A stretch of DNA of 64,000 bases from Thalia democratica (taxonomy: Eukaryota). Each line of letters starts with the position of its first letter. The stretch's first letter is position 1. The notes below the pieces were generated by a model. It worked only from the letters and a program-made list of their open reading frames with translations, was not told the DNA's origin and did not search any database. Position numbers and translations under genes: made by a program. The stretch is taken from NCBI GenBank assembly GCA_965202585.1, contig OZ241826.1:74090001-74154000 (forward strand), given 5' to 3'. This document shows positions 25,691 through 38,450 of this stretch, piece by piece.

Positions 25691-25904
25691 TTATAAAAAA
25701 AGTAAAATTCCATTTATTATGTATTGAGTTGATATTAACTATTATTAAATTTATTGTTAATTATTTATACTAATTTAAAAATATTCATGGTAAAAAAATA
25801 CTATGATAAATCTGAGTTGATAGTAGATGTGGTTTACTCTTTTATTAAAATAGTATAATATTGTTTCTTGGGACATCTTTTTTTCTCATGGAATTGCTCT
25901 AGAT

Positions 25905-26187
25905 CAGGGTTTCCTAAACTTTTTTGCAAATGGCCCCCTTTAAAGAGTTTGAAAAAGCAATGGCCCCCTTCAACATATAGGTTACTCATAAACTATACAC
26001 ATAAGACCTTTTTTTTTTTTTTGCTCTTCATCTGCAACTCAAGAATATCTAGTGTAAGTTTCAAGTTATGGCCTTATGGCCCCCCTGTGGCTCCTTTACT
26101 GCTCATGGCCCCCCCTCTTCCCCCTTTGCTGCTCATGGCCCCCTGAGTATCTGTCATGGCCCCCTAGGGGGCCACTTGGCCCACTTT
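25905..26187. mobile_element. Inverted, truncated copy of the 22721-23061 hAT MITE
   Basis: CTCTAGAT|CAGGGTTTCCTAAAC, then the reverse complement of 22721-23061. One TIR is missing. Confidence 0.75.
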
Positions 26188-26199
26188 TTTTGTAAAACA

Positions 26200-27100
26200 T
26201 GTTCTCTACATTTGATAGTGTTTGTAATGGTTCTTTAATACAATATGTTAATTCATGTCATGCCTAGTTTTTTCAAGTAGCCCTAAAGTTTTTTATAGAG
26301 TACCTTTAATTATATGTTTAAGTTTGATAATGGTTATTTTTGTAGGTGTATTACATATTATAACTATATAATTTTTTTTAGTAACCTACATTCAGTGTTG
26401 GTTATAATACATCTGAATCTCACTCTCTGAAGTTTTATTAAAAACAAAATCATTTTTACTGAACGAGAACAATACTCATCATTTTTTACACCAACAACAA
26501 TATTTCTCTCTGTTAACAATTTGTCAGTAATTTTTACAAATTTTTGTTCATTAAATTGCTTACATCTTTTGGATCATTCACAAATTTACCACACTCATTT
26601 AGCACACCTTGTATTCTATAACTAGAGGTAAATTTAGTTGAAACAATACTACTATTCACAAGTTTCCATAACGTCTTACTGTTTTCTTTATTTTTTTTAA
26701 CTACTTGTTTAAAATAAAGTCTCTTGGAGCATTCTATTATTTTGTTTAATAGATTTCTATACTTTTTAAAAGGAACCTGATTTTTAAGAATTTTGTGTTT
26801 AATGGAAAATAAAAAAATAAAGTTTTTGAACTTTATTGAAATAATTACACCTTTGGTTATACATGGTTTAAGTTTTTGATCTTTTTTACTTCAAGTTTTG
26901 ATAGGAGCGTGATCAAACACCATCTCACTAAAAATACCTTTAAAAATTACCATTTGTTAACATCTTCACAATTTTCAGCACAAAAACTCATGTTTAGCAA
27001 TTATTATACTCAAATTATTCAGAAAAGTTCTAACTTCAAACTTACTGAAGTTCTGAAAAGACTTTTGGTAATAAAGCTTAACTTATGACTTTTCACATTT
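26200..27100 (-). mobile_element. Degenerate LINE ORF2 (endonuclease-RT linker) fragment
   Basis: Minus-strand peptides such as VNDPKRCKQFNEQKFVKI and FVFNKTSESEI resemble the FN.YF.NIG and F.L.PT.E.EI linker motifs of CR1/L2 ORF2. Confidence 0.45.
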
Positions 27101-27209
27101 AATTTCAAAAATAACAGGCATATGGTTAGATATATCTTAATCTATATCATTAAAATTTAGCTTTTCACATTCAAAACTAGAATACACATGGTCAATTGAA
27201 GAACTAGAG

Positions 27210-27558
27210 CAGGGGTCAGCAGCCTTATGTAACTCACGGGCCAATTTTCTTAGGAAAAGTTGCTTGTGGTCCACACTATTCAGAAAAAATCTTTGAGGGG
27301 CACATTTATTTAAATAAAAGTTCTAGTAATCAGTAGAAATATATTATTTAATATCAAAAATGTAATAAACTGAAGCAATATTAGAGCACTAATAAAGAGT
27401 ATTCATTACATTAGAAGCCTAACTAAGTTTTTGTTACAAAATTTTTAATTTTTATTGTTTTTAAAATATAATTTTTTTGCTAAAAAGTAGCTCGCGGGCT
27501 GCAGATTTTGACTTTGAGTGCCGCATTTGGCTTGCAGGCAGCAGTTTGCCGACTCCTG
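27210..27558. mobile_element. hAT MITE (CGCGGGCCGCA family)
   Basis: Ends CAGGGGTCAGCA and TGCCGACTCCTG. Exact 8-bp TSD AACTAGAG at 27202-27209 and 27559-27566. Confidence 0.85.
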
Positions 27559-27802
27559 AACTAGAGGAATAATCAGTAGATTCTATAGTTAGGGAAAGAA
27601 CACATTGCTTAGCACCAGCACTAGAAATAAAATACAGGTAGTCACAAGCATGCTGATCTCTACTTAATGATTTTTTACTTATATGATCTTCTTTCTTTTC
27701 ATTAAAAAAGTCTAAAACATGATTGAATTTTTTAAGTAGCAAATGCAGAGCTTGGTGTACACATAAACCAACTGTAACAGATTAATTGTTTCAAGTTATT
27801 AT

Positions 27803-28386
27803 GGGCAGAGGGGAGTCCAACATTTCTTTTTTACTAAAAAATAACATTAACACAAACAATATGAACGGCAAATTTTTTGGGATGAATTTTCTCATAGATT
27901 AAAAATTTAATAAAAATCTATCTTCTTCTTTATTTTTTTGACCTAGGGACCTCAAACTTTCAGGAAACGTAAACGTTCCTTTTGTAGTTAAAAAGACTTT
28001 GAGTGTTGCAATTTTTGAAATGTTAAAATAAAAAACTTTATAAAAACAAAAAAAAAAGTTATTTTTTAACAAAAAGTTTATTTTTCAAATTAAAAAAAAA
28101 TCTCCATTCAATTTTTATTTAAATTTAATAATGGACTTTCTGTAAAAATTTAAAGAAAACTGGTTAAAAAATTAAACAAAAGATAGATTTTTAATGAAAT
28201 AGTCTTTTTTTTTGCGTTTTTAGTTTGCGCCTTCCATTAGGAACCTATTGAGGTCACCGACCTTGATCACTTATATCTCAAAAACTACATTGAGTTTTTT
28301 TAACTGGTTAAAAATTTCTGTAGCTTAGATAAAACTCTATAAAATAAGATCAACTTGTAAAAATCAAGGTGGACCTCCCTATGCCC
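27803..28386. mobile_element. Kolobok-like MITE (GG termini, TTAT TSD)
   Basis: Imperfect TIRs GGGCAGAGGGGAGTCCA and TGGACCTCCCTATGCCC, with TTAT on both sides. Confidence 0.55.
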
Positions 28387-29855
28387 TTATTAGTCCACAA
28401 AATGCAACACCACCAGATTGATTACTATTAGACAATGTAGAACTAGTCAGCCATGTTTCACACACTCAAATCCACATACTAAAATAACATTAGGCAACCC
28501 CTCAACTACACACAAAAGCTTTTCAATTTTAGAAACATTTTTATTCAAGCTTTTTATGTTTATATAAACATTACTAGTTTTATCTTTTTGTTAAATTTGC
28601 ACTAGACAAATCTGAATGAATTCAGAAATACTAAGCTTAGCAGATTCATAAAAACAATCATAATCAAGTTATTAACCTTTAGAACGTGAAAAAACTGACT
28701 CCTTACATCTATTGCAATAAACATTTTATTTATCTTGTTTGTATAGGCGTAGTTTCATTTTGTTTTCAGTAGCACACTCAACATGACATTTTTGCAAGCA
28801 TAAAAAAAAGTTTAAACTATTTTAATATTCAATTCAAATACAATTCCATAGAAAATTACTAGGATATGAAATTGATAAAAGTTCCTTAACGTAAAGCACT
28901 TGGTTTTCAAGTTATAAAAATTTTGGTTCAGTGCTATCCATTTCATACAAAATCTCCATTTTTTAAAGCATTCAAATAGTTTCATTTGACAAAAGTCTTA
29001 ACAATTATTTTAAAAGAAAACAGCTAGATTTTATTAAAACAGTTTGACTTGGAAAACCAAAGTAGTTATAACCAGATATTTTGGTTTAAAGTTTCTTTGT
29101 TATAGCAATGCTAAATTTCAAAAACATTGTTATGAAAAGGCATTTGAAGATCTTAAATAGAAATAAATATTGATATAAAAGACATTTGGAATAACAATCT
29201 TTTTATGTCAGTATTTTTGAACTACAGCAATTACTTTTTTTAATTGTTTTTCTTGTAATTATGACTACACAAAGTACATAAATTAATTTAAAAAAACTTA
29301 AAATATTTTCATAACTATATTTAAATAGAAGATATGGTTTAATTTTAATACTAGTAAAACTTATGTGCACATTTTGAGAAATACTTGCTGAAGCATACAA
29401 GCCGGTGGATCTAATTTGAAACCAGTTCTATTAGTTATACAGCAACTAACAGTGCCTTCTTGTATATAGTTATTATAGCTTTTTCAATATTGAATGTTTA
29501 AATAATACAATTTTCTTTTACCAAAGGCTTATAAAATATTCTTTTATAATTTTAATAATAATTTAGAAATGAAAATATTATTGCTTATAACTATTTTTAA
29601 TGAAAACAATTGACACTTATGCTATATGTACTTTATGAAATTTGTAAATTAACAAAAATTTTAACAGTGTTTGTTTAACTTGAAAGAAATTGAAAGTTTA
29701 ATAAGTACTTGCTTAAATTTGCCTACTTTTTAAAATTAAAAAATACCTTCATGGTTACTTTCATACATTGTTATTAAATATTAACCATATCAATATAATA
29801 ACAGCTTTTAATTGGAATTTATTCAAACTAACCAATTAAAATTATTAAGTCAATA

Positions 29856-31421
29856 ATGCAAGAAAGTAGTGCATCAGAAGCAGATATTGATAAAAAGACT
29901 TTAAATATTAAAACTAAAAAAGACATTCAGACTGAAGATGAATCTTTGCTAGTGCGTCTGAATAAAGATCATGTTTTAGCAGTAAACAAAGAAAAGTTGC
30001 TTGCTAAGTCCCAATATTTTAAGTTGATTACCAAGTCTTGTTTTGCAGATCACAAGTCAGAGTTTACTGAAGTATGTGTTCCAGTGGGCATTGATGTTTT
30101 TAAAAGGGTGATGATAAATTACATATTGTCTGACAACATTAGTATTAATAATGAAACTGTTTTTGAAATATTTCAAATTTCGGACTACTTACAAATTGAG
30201 TGTTTAAATAAGATATGTTGGGATCATTTCGTGTATAATCTTAACAAAAAAACATTGAATGATCAAATAAGTTTAATGGAGAGTTATCCATTGTTGAGAA
30301 AAGACTTTAAAGAAGTAGCATTAAAGTTTAAAAAAAGTGCAAGGCCAGCTGTTAAGGGTTTGTACGTGTTTGAATACAGCAATAGTATATATGGTAAGTA
30401 TTACTTTCGACTAGTTACTGACGATCATGATTATCCAATAAACTTTAACAATACAAGAGACTGTTATTATATTAGTTCGTTATACTGTTTTAGTAACAGC
30501 ATAATAATGCACAGTTCTTTTAATCTATTACAATTTGATCTGTTAAGTAGAAACCTACATAAAATTGATATAGGAGAATGTCAACAAATCAATGTTTGTT
30601 ATGACAATAAGAACTTGTTTGTTGTTACTTCAACACAAAGTGAGTTTTCTTTAACATTATTCAGTAAAAGTTATTATGATACAGTGTTAAAAGCTTGTAA
30701 AACAAAAACATTTGATTTTTCAAACAAAAAGATTCCTGATTCTGAGAACAATAATGCTTACATCTTTTTTACAGTCTGTGATGGAGGTAAGCTGTACATT
30801 TTATACATTACTTATTACAAACATATTAAAAAAGATATGAATATTCTTGATTTTTTTCATAATGTTCACCTAGTCACCATACACATTGAAACAATGACCA
30901 TTGTGCGCAATCAAAAATTGACAAAAATTTTAAGGTACAATTCAGGAGGAGTTTTAACACAAAAAGAAAGCGTTAAAAAACGTTACATAGAAGTTGAAAT
31001 GTTTAAGAAGATGTTTTTTATTAAAAGCACACACAAAGTTGTAATAAAAATAGACATGCATGACAAGTTGGTTTTAGTGTTTGATATTAAAAATGATCAC
31101 TTTTATTTTGTTCAAGACATGATACCTCACCCACAAAAATACAATGATGATTACTGTATTGTTCATGACAGGGCAACGCCCAAGTACACAGTTGATAAAG
31201 ATGATTTAGTATACATCTATAAAAAGTATGAACCAATTTGTGGTGATACAGAAATTAAAGAAATAAAAAAGTATTTTACAGCAATTAGTGAAGTAAGAAA
31301 ATATCAGTTCTTAGATGATAGACTGGTGGATGCTGGTATTGTGTGGGAGTGCAAGTATGATAGAATAAGCAAGTACACTGAAAATGTTAACCCAAGAGTT
31401 GAGTCCATTTGTATTGTTTAA
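29856..31421 (+). CDS. BTB/POZ-domain protein, paralogue 1 (521 aa, intronless CDS, divergent beta-rich C-terminus)
   Basis: Open ATG-to-TAA ORF with a BTB signature, VNKEKLLAKSQYFKLI..F.D..EV.V..F..MINYI..NETVFEIFQISDYLQIECL..C. AATAAA lies immediately after the stop. Confidence 0.85.
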   Translation: MQESSASEADIDKKTLNIKTKKDIQTEDESLLVRLNKDHVLAVNKEKLLAKSQYFKLITKSCFADHKSEFTEVCVPVGIDVFKRVMINYILSDNISINNETVFEIFQISDYLQIECLNKICWDHFVYNLNKKTLNDQISLMESYPLLRKDFKEVALKFKKSARPAVKGLYVFEYSNSIYGKYYFRLVTDDHDYPINFNNTRDCYYISSLYCFSNSIIMHSSFNLLQFDLLSRNLHKIDIGECQQINVCYDNKNLFVVTSTQSEFSLTLFSKSYYDTVLKACKTKTFDFSNKKIPDSENNNAYIFFTVCDGGKLYILYITYYKHIKKDMNILDFFHNVHLVTIHIETMTIVRNQKLTKILRYNSGGVLTQKESVKKRYIEVEMFKKMFFIKSTHKVVIKIDMHDKLVLVFDIKNDHFYFVQDMIPHPQKYNDDYCIVHDRATPKYTVDKDDLVYIYKKYEPICGDTEIKEIKKYFTAISEVRKYQFLDDRLVDAGIVWECKYDRISKYTENVNPRVESICIV

Positions 31422-33507
31422 AATAAATGCCATAAAAACAACGTAAAAAAATCACATGAATTGTGTTAGTTGTTAAAACTAACTTTTTTATGTTACTCCC
31501 ACAGTCTTACTTATTGTTAGAGTAAAGATGTTTTACTTATTTCTCTTTGTTGTTGAATTCAGTTTTCAACTTTATAAGATTTTAATAATTTCAAGTAATG
31601 AAAATCTGTGTATGCTTGTTTTGTTTTTACACAAAACATTTCATTTGTAAAGCTCTATATGTTTTTAAATGTGTGCAAGTAACACCACAAAAGTTACTTC
31701 ACCTGTTATTCTTATCAACAGCAACTAATTAGAAGTGGTTAACATTTTCTTTTTTTTTAGCCCACTAGTGGTCTCTACCTATCTCTTGAGAAGAAATAAT
31801 CTGAAATAGTAGTATGGTAGGGTCTACGCTTTTATTATTAAAACCAAGTTTTTATTTAAAAACCATAACATCACAACAAAGGTGACAATTAAATAAGTCA
31901 ATGATCTTAAACAAACATAAATATGTAAGTGAATTCTTGCTAAAAATGGTGAAAAATAAAAAATACCTAGTTTGTTTTATACTTTTTATTAAAGTTTTAA
32001 ATAAGATGGTTGAGATATTATAGACTAGCAGGCCATCATATACAATATATTCTAAAAATTGACAAATCTGTTTGTGCTCTACATGGAAGACTCTACTTAT
32101 ACCTTAAAGCAACATATTGGATGTCCCCATCTCAGCTGTTAGTTGAATGTAAATGAGCTGAAAAAGTGATCATGAAAATTTAAGTAATGCATCAAAAATT
32201 TTGTGTATAAAGAAGCAACTGCTAGTTATTAAAAAGTTGCGCGAATTTTATGTTATCACTTCTATAAATGATGTAAATTCCAATTTAAAAAATACCTGCC
32301 AGCCAAGAAACTGCCTTTTGAATCAACCAACATCATTGCACGGCTTAATTAGTACAAGTGTTCTTATTGTTTCAAAGTTGGAAAAGGCTTGTTATATAAA
32401 TCTAAACTGTAAAACAAGACTTTCTTAAGTGAACTTGATTTTAAAAGTAGACTATAAAACAATTTATTGAAAATGCACCTTTTAATTACTGCAATCATTT
32501 AAAATAAGACCTTTCATGTTTAGGTGAATAAGAGTGTAAATTATTTATTTAAATCAGTTAAATTTAAGTTATTAGTTTTACAACACTACTAGCATATGAC
32601 AATCAGCTTTCAAAATGTAATTAAATTTGAATACTTATTAAACAGTTTTACGCTTAACATCAAAACTTTATATAATTCATTTTATACATTTTTATCAATT
32701 ACTTAAGTTTTGCCAAAGATCAAAAATATAATATTGTGGTTGGACTTTATTTTTTTAATTAAATTCAAAAAATAATCTTAATTATAAACTTTTCATTACA
32801 TAGTTAACTTTTCTTGCACTAATAACAAGTTAGTTTTTACACTTGAATTGTAAGGAATCTTGTTTTGTTGCCAAGTTTAACTGTTTTAATTTCAAGTTAT
32901 TTAAGACGTTATTAAAATAAGCTCATAATTAGTTTAATACGTTTAATTTAGTATAAAGTTCTTAGCTGTTCTTTTAAAAACTTCTTTGTTAAAATTGTTC
33001 ATATTTGCAAGTAATACTTTATATCTTGTAAGTTTTCTATCAATAATTTTTATACCAAGTTTAAAGCATTTTTTGAAACCTTTTATTTTACTTTTTTTTT
33101 TAAGTTTTTTTAAACTTTTGAAATATTTAAACTAATCATTTTCTATTTGATGTGCATCAATTTATAGTTAATGATCTTTCTTTTTTTAATTTTTCTAATC
33201 AGTTAGCAATTCAGCTTTATTGAAAAAATTGAAAAATAATGTTTGTTGTTTAGCAACAAAGTTAAAGTACACTTTAATTTTTCTTAATGCATGCTGTTAG
33301 AGTATCACCTGTCTAAGAAAAAATGCTTAAAGTTTTTGTGTTCACTGTTACAAACCAGAAATTTTGTCGTATAAAAAATGCCTAATATTATTAGAACATA
33401 TTAATTAACTAATATTACATTTTTGATACAAAATTTACAGTATAATTTTTTTACAGATTTAAAACTGAATCAATTTAAACTAAGCAGTTTGAGTTATTTA
33501 ATCAATA

Positions 33508-35034
33508 ATGCAAGAAAGTAGTGCATCAGAAGCAGATATTGATATAAAGACTTTAAATACTAAAACTAAAAAAGACATTCAGACTGAAGATAAAACTTTG
33601 CTTGTGCGTCTGAATAAAGATCATGTTTTAGCAGTAAACAAAGAAAAGTTGCTTGCTAAGTCCCAATATTTTAAGTTGATAACCAAGTCTTGTTTTGCAG
33701 ATCACAAGTCAGAGTTTACTGAAGTGTGTGTTCCGGTGGGCATTGATGCCTTTACAAGGGTGATGGTAGATTACATATTGACTGAAAAAATTAGTATTAA
33801 AAATAAAACAGTTTTCGAAATATTTTTAGTCTCTGACTATTTACAAATTGAATGTTTAAGCAAGTTGTGTTGGGATCATTTCGTTTACAATCTGAACAAA
33901 AAAACTTTAAATGGTCAGATAAACCGAATGAAAAACTATCCATTGTTGAAGGACAATTTCATGGAAGTAGCATTGGAATTTCAAAAAGGCGAAAGGCCTT
34001 CTGTTCAAGGTTTGTATATGTTTAAATACAACAAAAACGGGTATTATTTTCTTCAAATTACCGGTAAAGAAGGTTATTCTGTTAAGTTTAACAAATATAC
34101 TTACAAAGATTATTGTTTACTACTGTACTTTAATAACAGCATAATAATGCAAGGTTATTACAGGAGTCCTGTTTTGCTACAGTTCGATCTGTTAAGTACT
34201 GACTTGGTTAAAATTGATTTAGAATATAGTCACCAGTCAAGTGTTTGTTCTAACAACAAAAACTTGTTTGTTGTTACCCCAATAAAAGATGAGTTTACAG
34301 TATCAATTTTAGGTAAAAAACATTATAATGCAGTGTTGGAAGTTTTTGAAACAAAAACATTTTGTCTTTTTAACGAAAGTAAACCTGGTGTTGAAAAAAA
34401 AAATATTCACATCATTTTTTCATTTTATGATGAAAGAAAACTGTACTTTTTTTACATGTTTTACAAATATATTTATTTTAGTAAGAGTATTATTGATTAT
34501 GTTCAAAACATCAAGATGGTCACCATACAGATTGAAACAATGACTGTTATCAGCAATGAAGAGTTGACAAACAAATTAAGATATAACACGGGTGGACCTT
34601 TGACACAGAAAGAAAACATCAAAAAAAGCCATGCGAAAGGCATAATGTTCAATAAGATGTTCTTTTTCAAGAAAGCACACAAAGTTGTGATAAAAATAGA
34701 AAAGCATGACAAGTTGGTGTTAGTGTTTGATGTTAGAAATGATCATTTTTATTTTGTTGAAGACATGATACCTTATTCAACCATTGCAAATGATAATTAC
34801 AGGATTGATTACAATGATATCAAGTACGCGGTCGACAAAGATGATAAGGTACACATGTACAGTCATGATGAAATCAATTCTGATGTAACACAGCATAGTT
34901 TTACTGAAAGATGTGAATTACGAACGTTCAGATTTAAAAGCTCAGATGATAGACTGGTAGAAACTGGTAATGCTCTGAAGCGCAATTATGTTGACAATGA
35001 TCGCCCATGTGTTAAGGCCATTTGTAGTGTTTAA
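33508..35034 (+). CDS. BTB/POZ-domain protein, paralogue 2 (508 aa)
   Basis: Tandem duplicate 3652 bp downstream of paralogue 1, with the same BTB signature. Possible 5'-UTR acceptor ttttttacag ending at 33456. Confidence 0.85.
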   Translation: MQESSASEADIDIKTLNTKTKKDIQTEDKTLLVRLNKDHVLAVNKEKLLAKSQYFKLITKSCFADHKSEFTEVCVPVGIDAFTRVMVDYILTEKISIKNKTVFEIFLVSDYLQIECLSKLCWDHFVYNLNKKTLNGQINRMKNYPLLKDNFMEVALEFQKGERPSVQGLYMFKYNKNGYYFLQITGKEGYSVKFNKYTYKDYCLLLYFNNSIIMQGYYRSPVLLQFDLLSTDLVKIDLEYSHQSSVCSNNKNLFVVTPIKDEFTVSILGKKHYNAVLEVFETKTFCLFNESKPGVEKKNIHIIFSFYDERKLYFFYMFYKYIYFSKSIIDYVQNIKMVTIQIETMTVISNEELTNKLRYNTGGPLTQKENIKKSHAKGIMFNKMFFFKKAHKVVIKIEKHDKLVLVFDVRNDHFYFVEDMIPYSTIANDNYRIDYNDIKYAVDKDDKVHMYSHDEINSDVTQHSFTERCELRTFRFKSSDDRLVETGNALKRNYVDNDRPCVKAICSV

Positions 35035-38000
35035 AGTAAATACTTTAAGAACAATCTTGAATGATTTTATGCAAACTGTTCAAGATGTTAGATTTAACTT
35101 TTAAATATTGTACCTCAACCGTTTATACTTTTCTTTATAGCACAAAAAAAAACTTCTCTGACATAAACGTTAACTTTTGTTAATGTGTTGTATATATTAT
35201 GTTATGTACGCATGTTTATCAATGTACCATACAAACAATTAAAATACCTTTAACAGTACTTGTTAAACCATCAACTTCTGCCTTCTAAAATTGGCAAATA
35301 TCTTTACTCACTCTTACAAGATAAACAGACAGGGTAGTAGAGTAGTTTTTACAACAAACACATACATTATACATTTAAAAAACTAACATCAAGACCCAAG
35401 AAGTATTTTTTAAATCAGACCTTCTCAGTTAGTTTGTTTATGCAGGTTTGAGTCTGGCTGTAGATGCTATAAAAAGAAGATTTTGTTTTTATATACGCGA
35501 AGAAGACATCTTGGATATAATGGGCAAGCAGTGCTTCTATAAAGAAAAAATAAATGTTGTGTACGAACAATTTATTATTTACACTACCTTGAACACAAAA
35601 CTAGATTGTCCAGATATGTTTATGCAGGTGCTTAATGACAATTTAAAGTGTTTTCCAAGATCTTTTGTATTATGAGAAGGACCTGCTTTTAGGCTAAATC
35701 ACTCTTTTTATAATGCTTGCAAGCTCAGCATTAAAAATTGAAAGCTGCTAGCCATTAACTTACCGCTTTTTACATCAAAATTGCACTGATCAGTTATCAC
35801 AAGTGTTCTCCATCCACGATCCTTTTAAGTTGATAAGAATCGTTATTTTATTTTTAATTATGTTTGTATTTAAAAGTACACACTGAACTATGAAATAATA
35901 AATGAAAAATCTGCTATCAATACGTATAAGTTTATTCGGTAATAATAATTAAGCAATAAACAGCTTATTAATGTTTTAATTAGTTCAAGTCTTTTTGTTA
36001 TACACTGCTACTAGTAAATCACAATCTTTTATAAGCTTTGAATTTTAAACAACAAATGGTGCTTTTTTAACAACTTTGCATTTAACATCTTATAAACTTA
36101 TTACCAATATTTCATTATTTTTTGCTGATGATACAAACATTTCATACAGTACTTGATTTTGTTAAATCATTAAATTTAATTATAGATACTAATTTGAGTA
36201 GACTATTGAAGATTAAAATCACAAAAAACTTCTCTGTCACAAATAAAAACTTACTTTTTCTAGTTTAGTTTTTAAAAGTCTCATGTTATTAGTGCGCAAT
36301 TGTAGTATTTTTATTTGTTATTTCTAAATTATTCCACTTTTAGTTTTTGTTAATTAATTTTAAGTATGTATTTTAAATCAAAGTTACTGATCGCTTCATT
36401 TTTACCTTTTAATATTACAATTATGAACGGTAATTAGAAATTTGTTAAGTTTAATTTTTTTATAAGCTTCAATGGCTAACTTATACAAAAATTTTTGACA
36501 ATCCTTCATTTTGTTAATCTTATTTACTTTTGATTATCTTAACATTTTTCTATTAGTTAAAATAATATAGTTCCTAATTGTGTTTAGTATTTTAAAAATA
36601 AAGCTTGTAAATAATATTCACTCATAGTAACAGTCTCTAATATTTATCTATTAAAAACGAAATATTTCAGATTATGGAGCTGTTTCCAAAAAGTGTAACG
36701 AAAGTTTAGTTTAATAATTAAGTAAAAATACAACATTATAAAAACAAAATTTTCCACGTTTATCCACTAACATTAGAAGGTTAGTATCTCGTTATGGCAA
36801 TAATTTTTCATATAAAATAAATTTAAGCTAGTTTATTGCGCACAACTTTTATAACCACTAATTAAAAGCGTGCCACATGATTTATACTTTGATAAAAGTA
36901 ACCTTTAAAAGATAACTTAAGTTTTCTTTTAAAGTACGTGACTTATAAAAAGTTAAAAACCATGTAATTTCAGACAAAATTGTCATAAAAAAACTAGTTT
37001 AGTTTTGAAAACTTTCCTCATTTAGAGGATCATTTGTTTAAGCGAAAATAAAAATTATTATATTGCAGTTATTTACTGTTTTATGCAGATACTTAATATT
37101 AATAAGTTGTCAGAAATAATTTTTATTTATCAATTATTTAAATTGTTTCTTTTTTGTTAATAGTTGTTAGTTAAAAAAAAGTAAGCCTCATTGCAAAAAA
37201 TATAAAAATGTTTGCAACTGTAAGTGAAATTAATGGTCCATTAAGTTGAAAAATATTTCGAATTTGTAAAATAAAAGTTTTCCTTTGCAGTATCATAACA
37301 ATTAAAAATGTTTAATATATGAACAAAACGTTTTTACTTTATACCTTTTAAGGTGTATTTAGAGTTTTCGCACTTGGATAATAAAATAAAGTTTTGTTGA
37401 TTTACACTTAAATGTTAAAGTTGAAGTTTTTTTTTAAATGTTTGCTAAATTGATGTAAGTTCTAAATATTTAGTATCTAGCTCTAAAGTCTAGTGTAATA
37501 TATTTTTTTTTAATAATATAATAAAAAATATTTTAAAAATGTAGTTGAAATCGTTTAGACTTAAGGCAATGGAGTGGTAATGCACTTTATTTTACATGTT
37601 GAACTTAAGATATATAATTTAGCTAGCAGTTACTTTTTATTGTTTTGTATGATTCAAATTAGTTTTGAGATATGAAGGTACAAATTCGGAGAACTCTATA
37701 GGCTCCTTATGGAAGGACCAAAGTAAAAAGGCAGAAAAGACTATTTTATTAAAAATCTATCTTTTACTACAGTCAGTTTTAAGAAGTTTAAAAGTTTAAT
37801 TTTCACTAACTAGATAATAAACATTTCTGTTGTTGGATTTTTTTTTATTTTAAGTAAAAATATTACTTATATTTAAAATGTTTTTTTTTTAATTTTTACA
37901 ACAGAATTATTTCAACCAATGTAAGAAACATTTCCTAAAATTCTGAGATTAATTAACCAAAAAATAAAGAAGAATAAAGATTTTTGTGAATTTTTAAAGA

Positions 38001-38066
38001 GTATAGAAAATAGGCAATAAGTGACCAGTAAATTACCATAAATTACACAAGACACACACTTTCAAA

Positions 38067-38104
38067 ACACCAGATATATTTCGAGCAATTCTCTTCAGTA
38101 GAGT
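38067..38104 (-). ncRNA. Minimal type I hammerhead motif in the PLE pseudo-LTR
   Basis: Minus strand reads ACTCTA-CTGAAGA-GA(attgc)TC-GAAA-TATA-TC-TGGTGT: CUGANGA core, GAAA, palindromic ATATAT stem III, AUC cleavage triplet and an imperfect stem I. Confidence 0.6.
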
Positions 38105-38450
38105 ACAATGCTAACAAATAAGAACATTTTACACACTTATATAATAACCAAGTAATCATAAAGTAATCAAGAGATTAATAAAAGACAAAAGCAATTGAAA
38201 AAGTTAAAACCAAATTAGTACATTTTCGTTATAATTGATCTACAGTAAAACTAAACATAAATATAATGAAAACATTTCTTATAAAATGTTACGAAAATAA
38301 AGAACCAGTGTAGTCAAAATCTTTTTGCTTACATAAAACAGGTCTCCTTAACAAAATACAAATAGCTTCTAATTTAATCAAATCAAAAACATTACTTCAA
38401 ATTTTAATAATTTTAATTTATCTATATTATAATTGTTTGAAGTTGTTGGA

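Noticed and set aside
22721-26187. Inverted pair of hAT MITEs sharing the flank ATCTAGAG, suggesting one composite or inverted unit
   Set aside because: nTCTAGAn is the normal target preference of this hAT group, and the wider flanks do not align.
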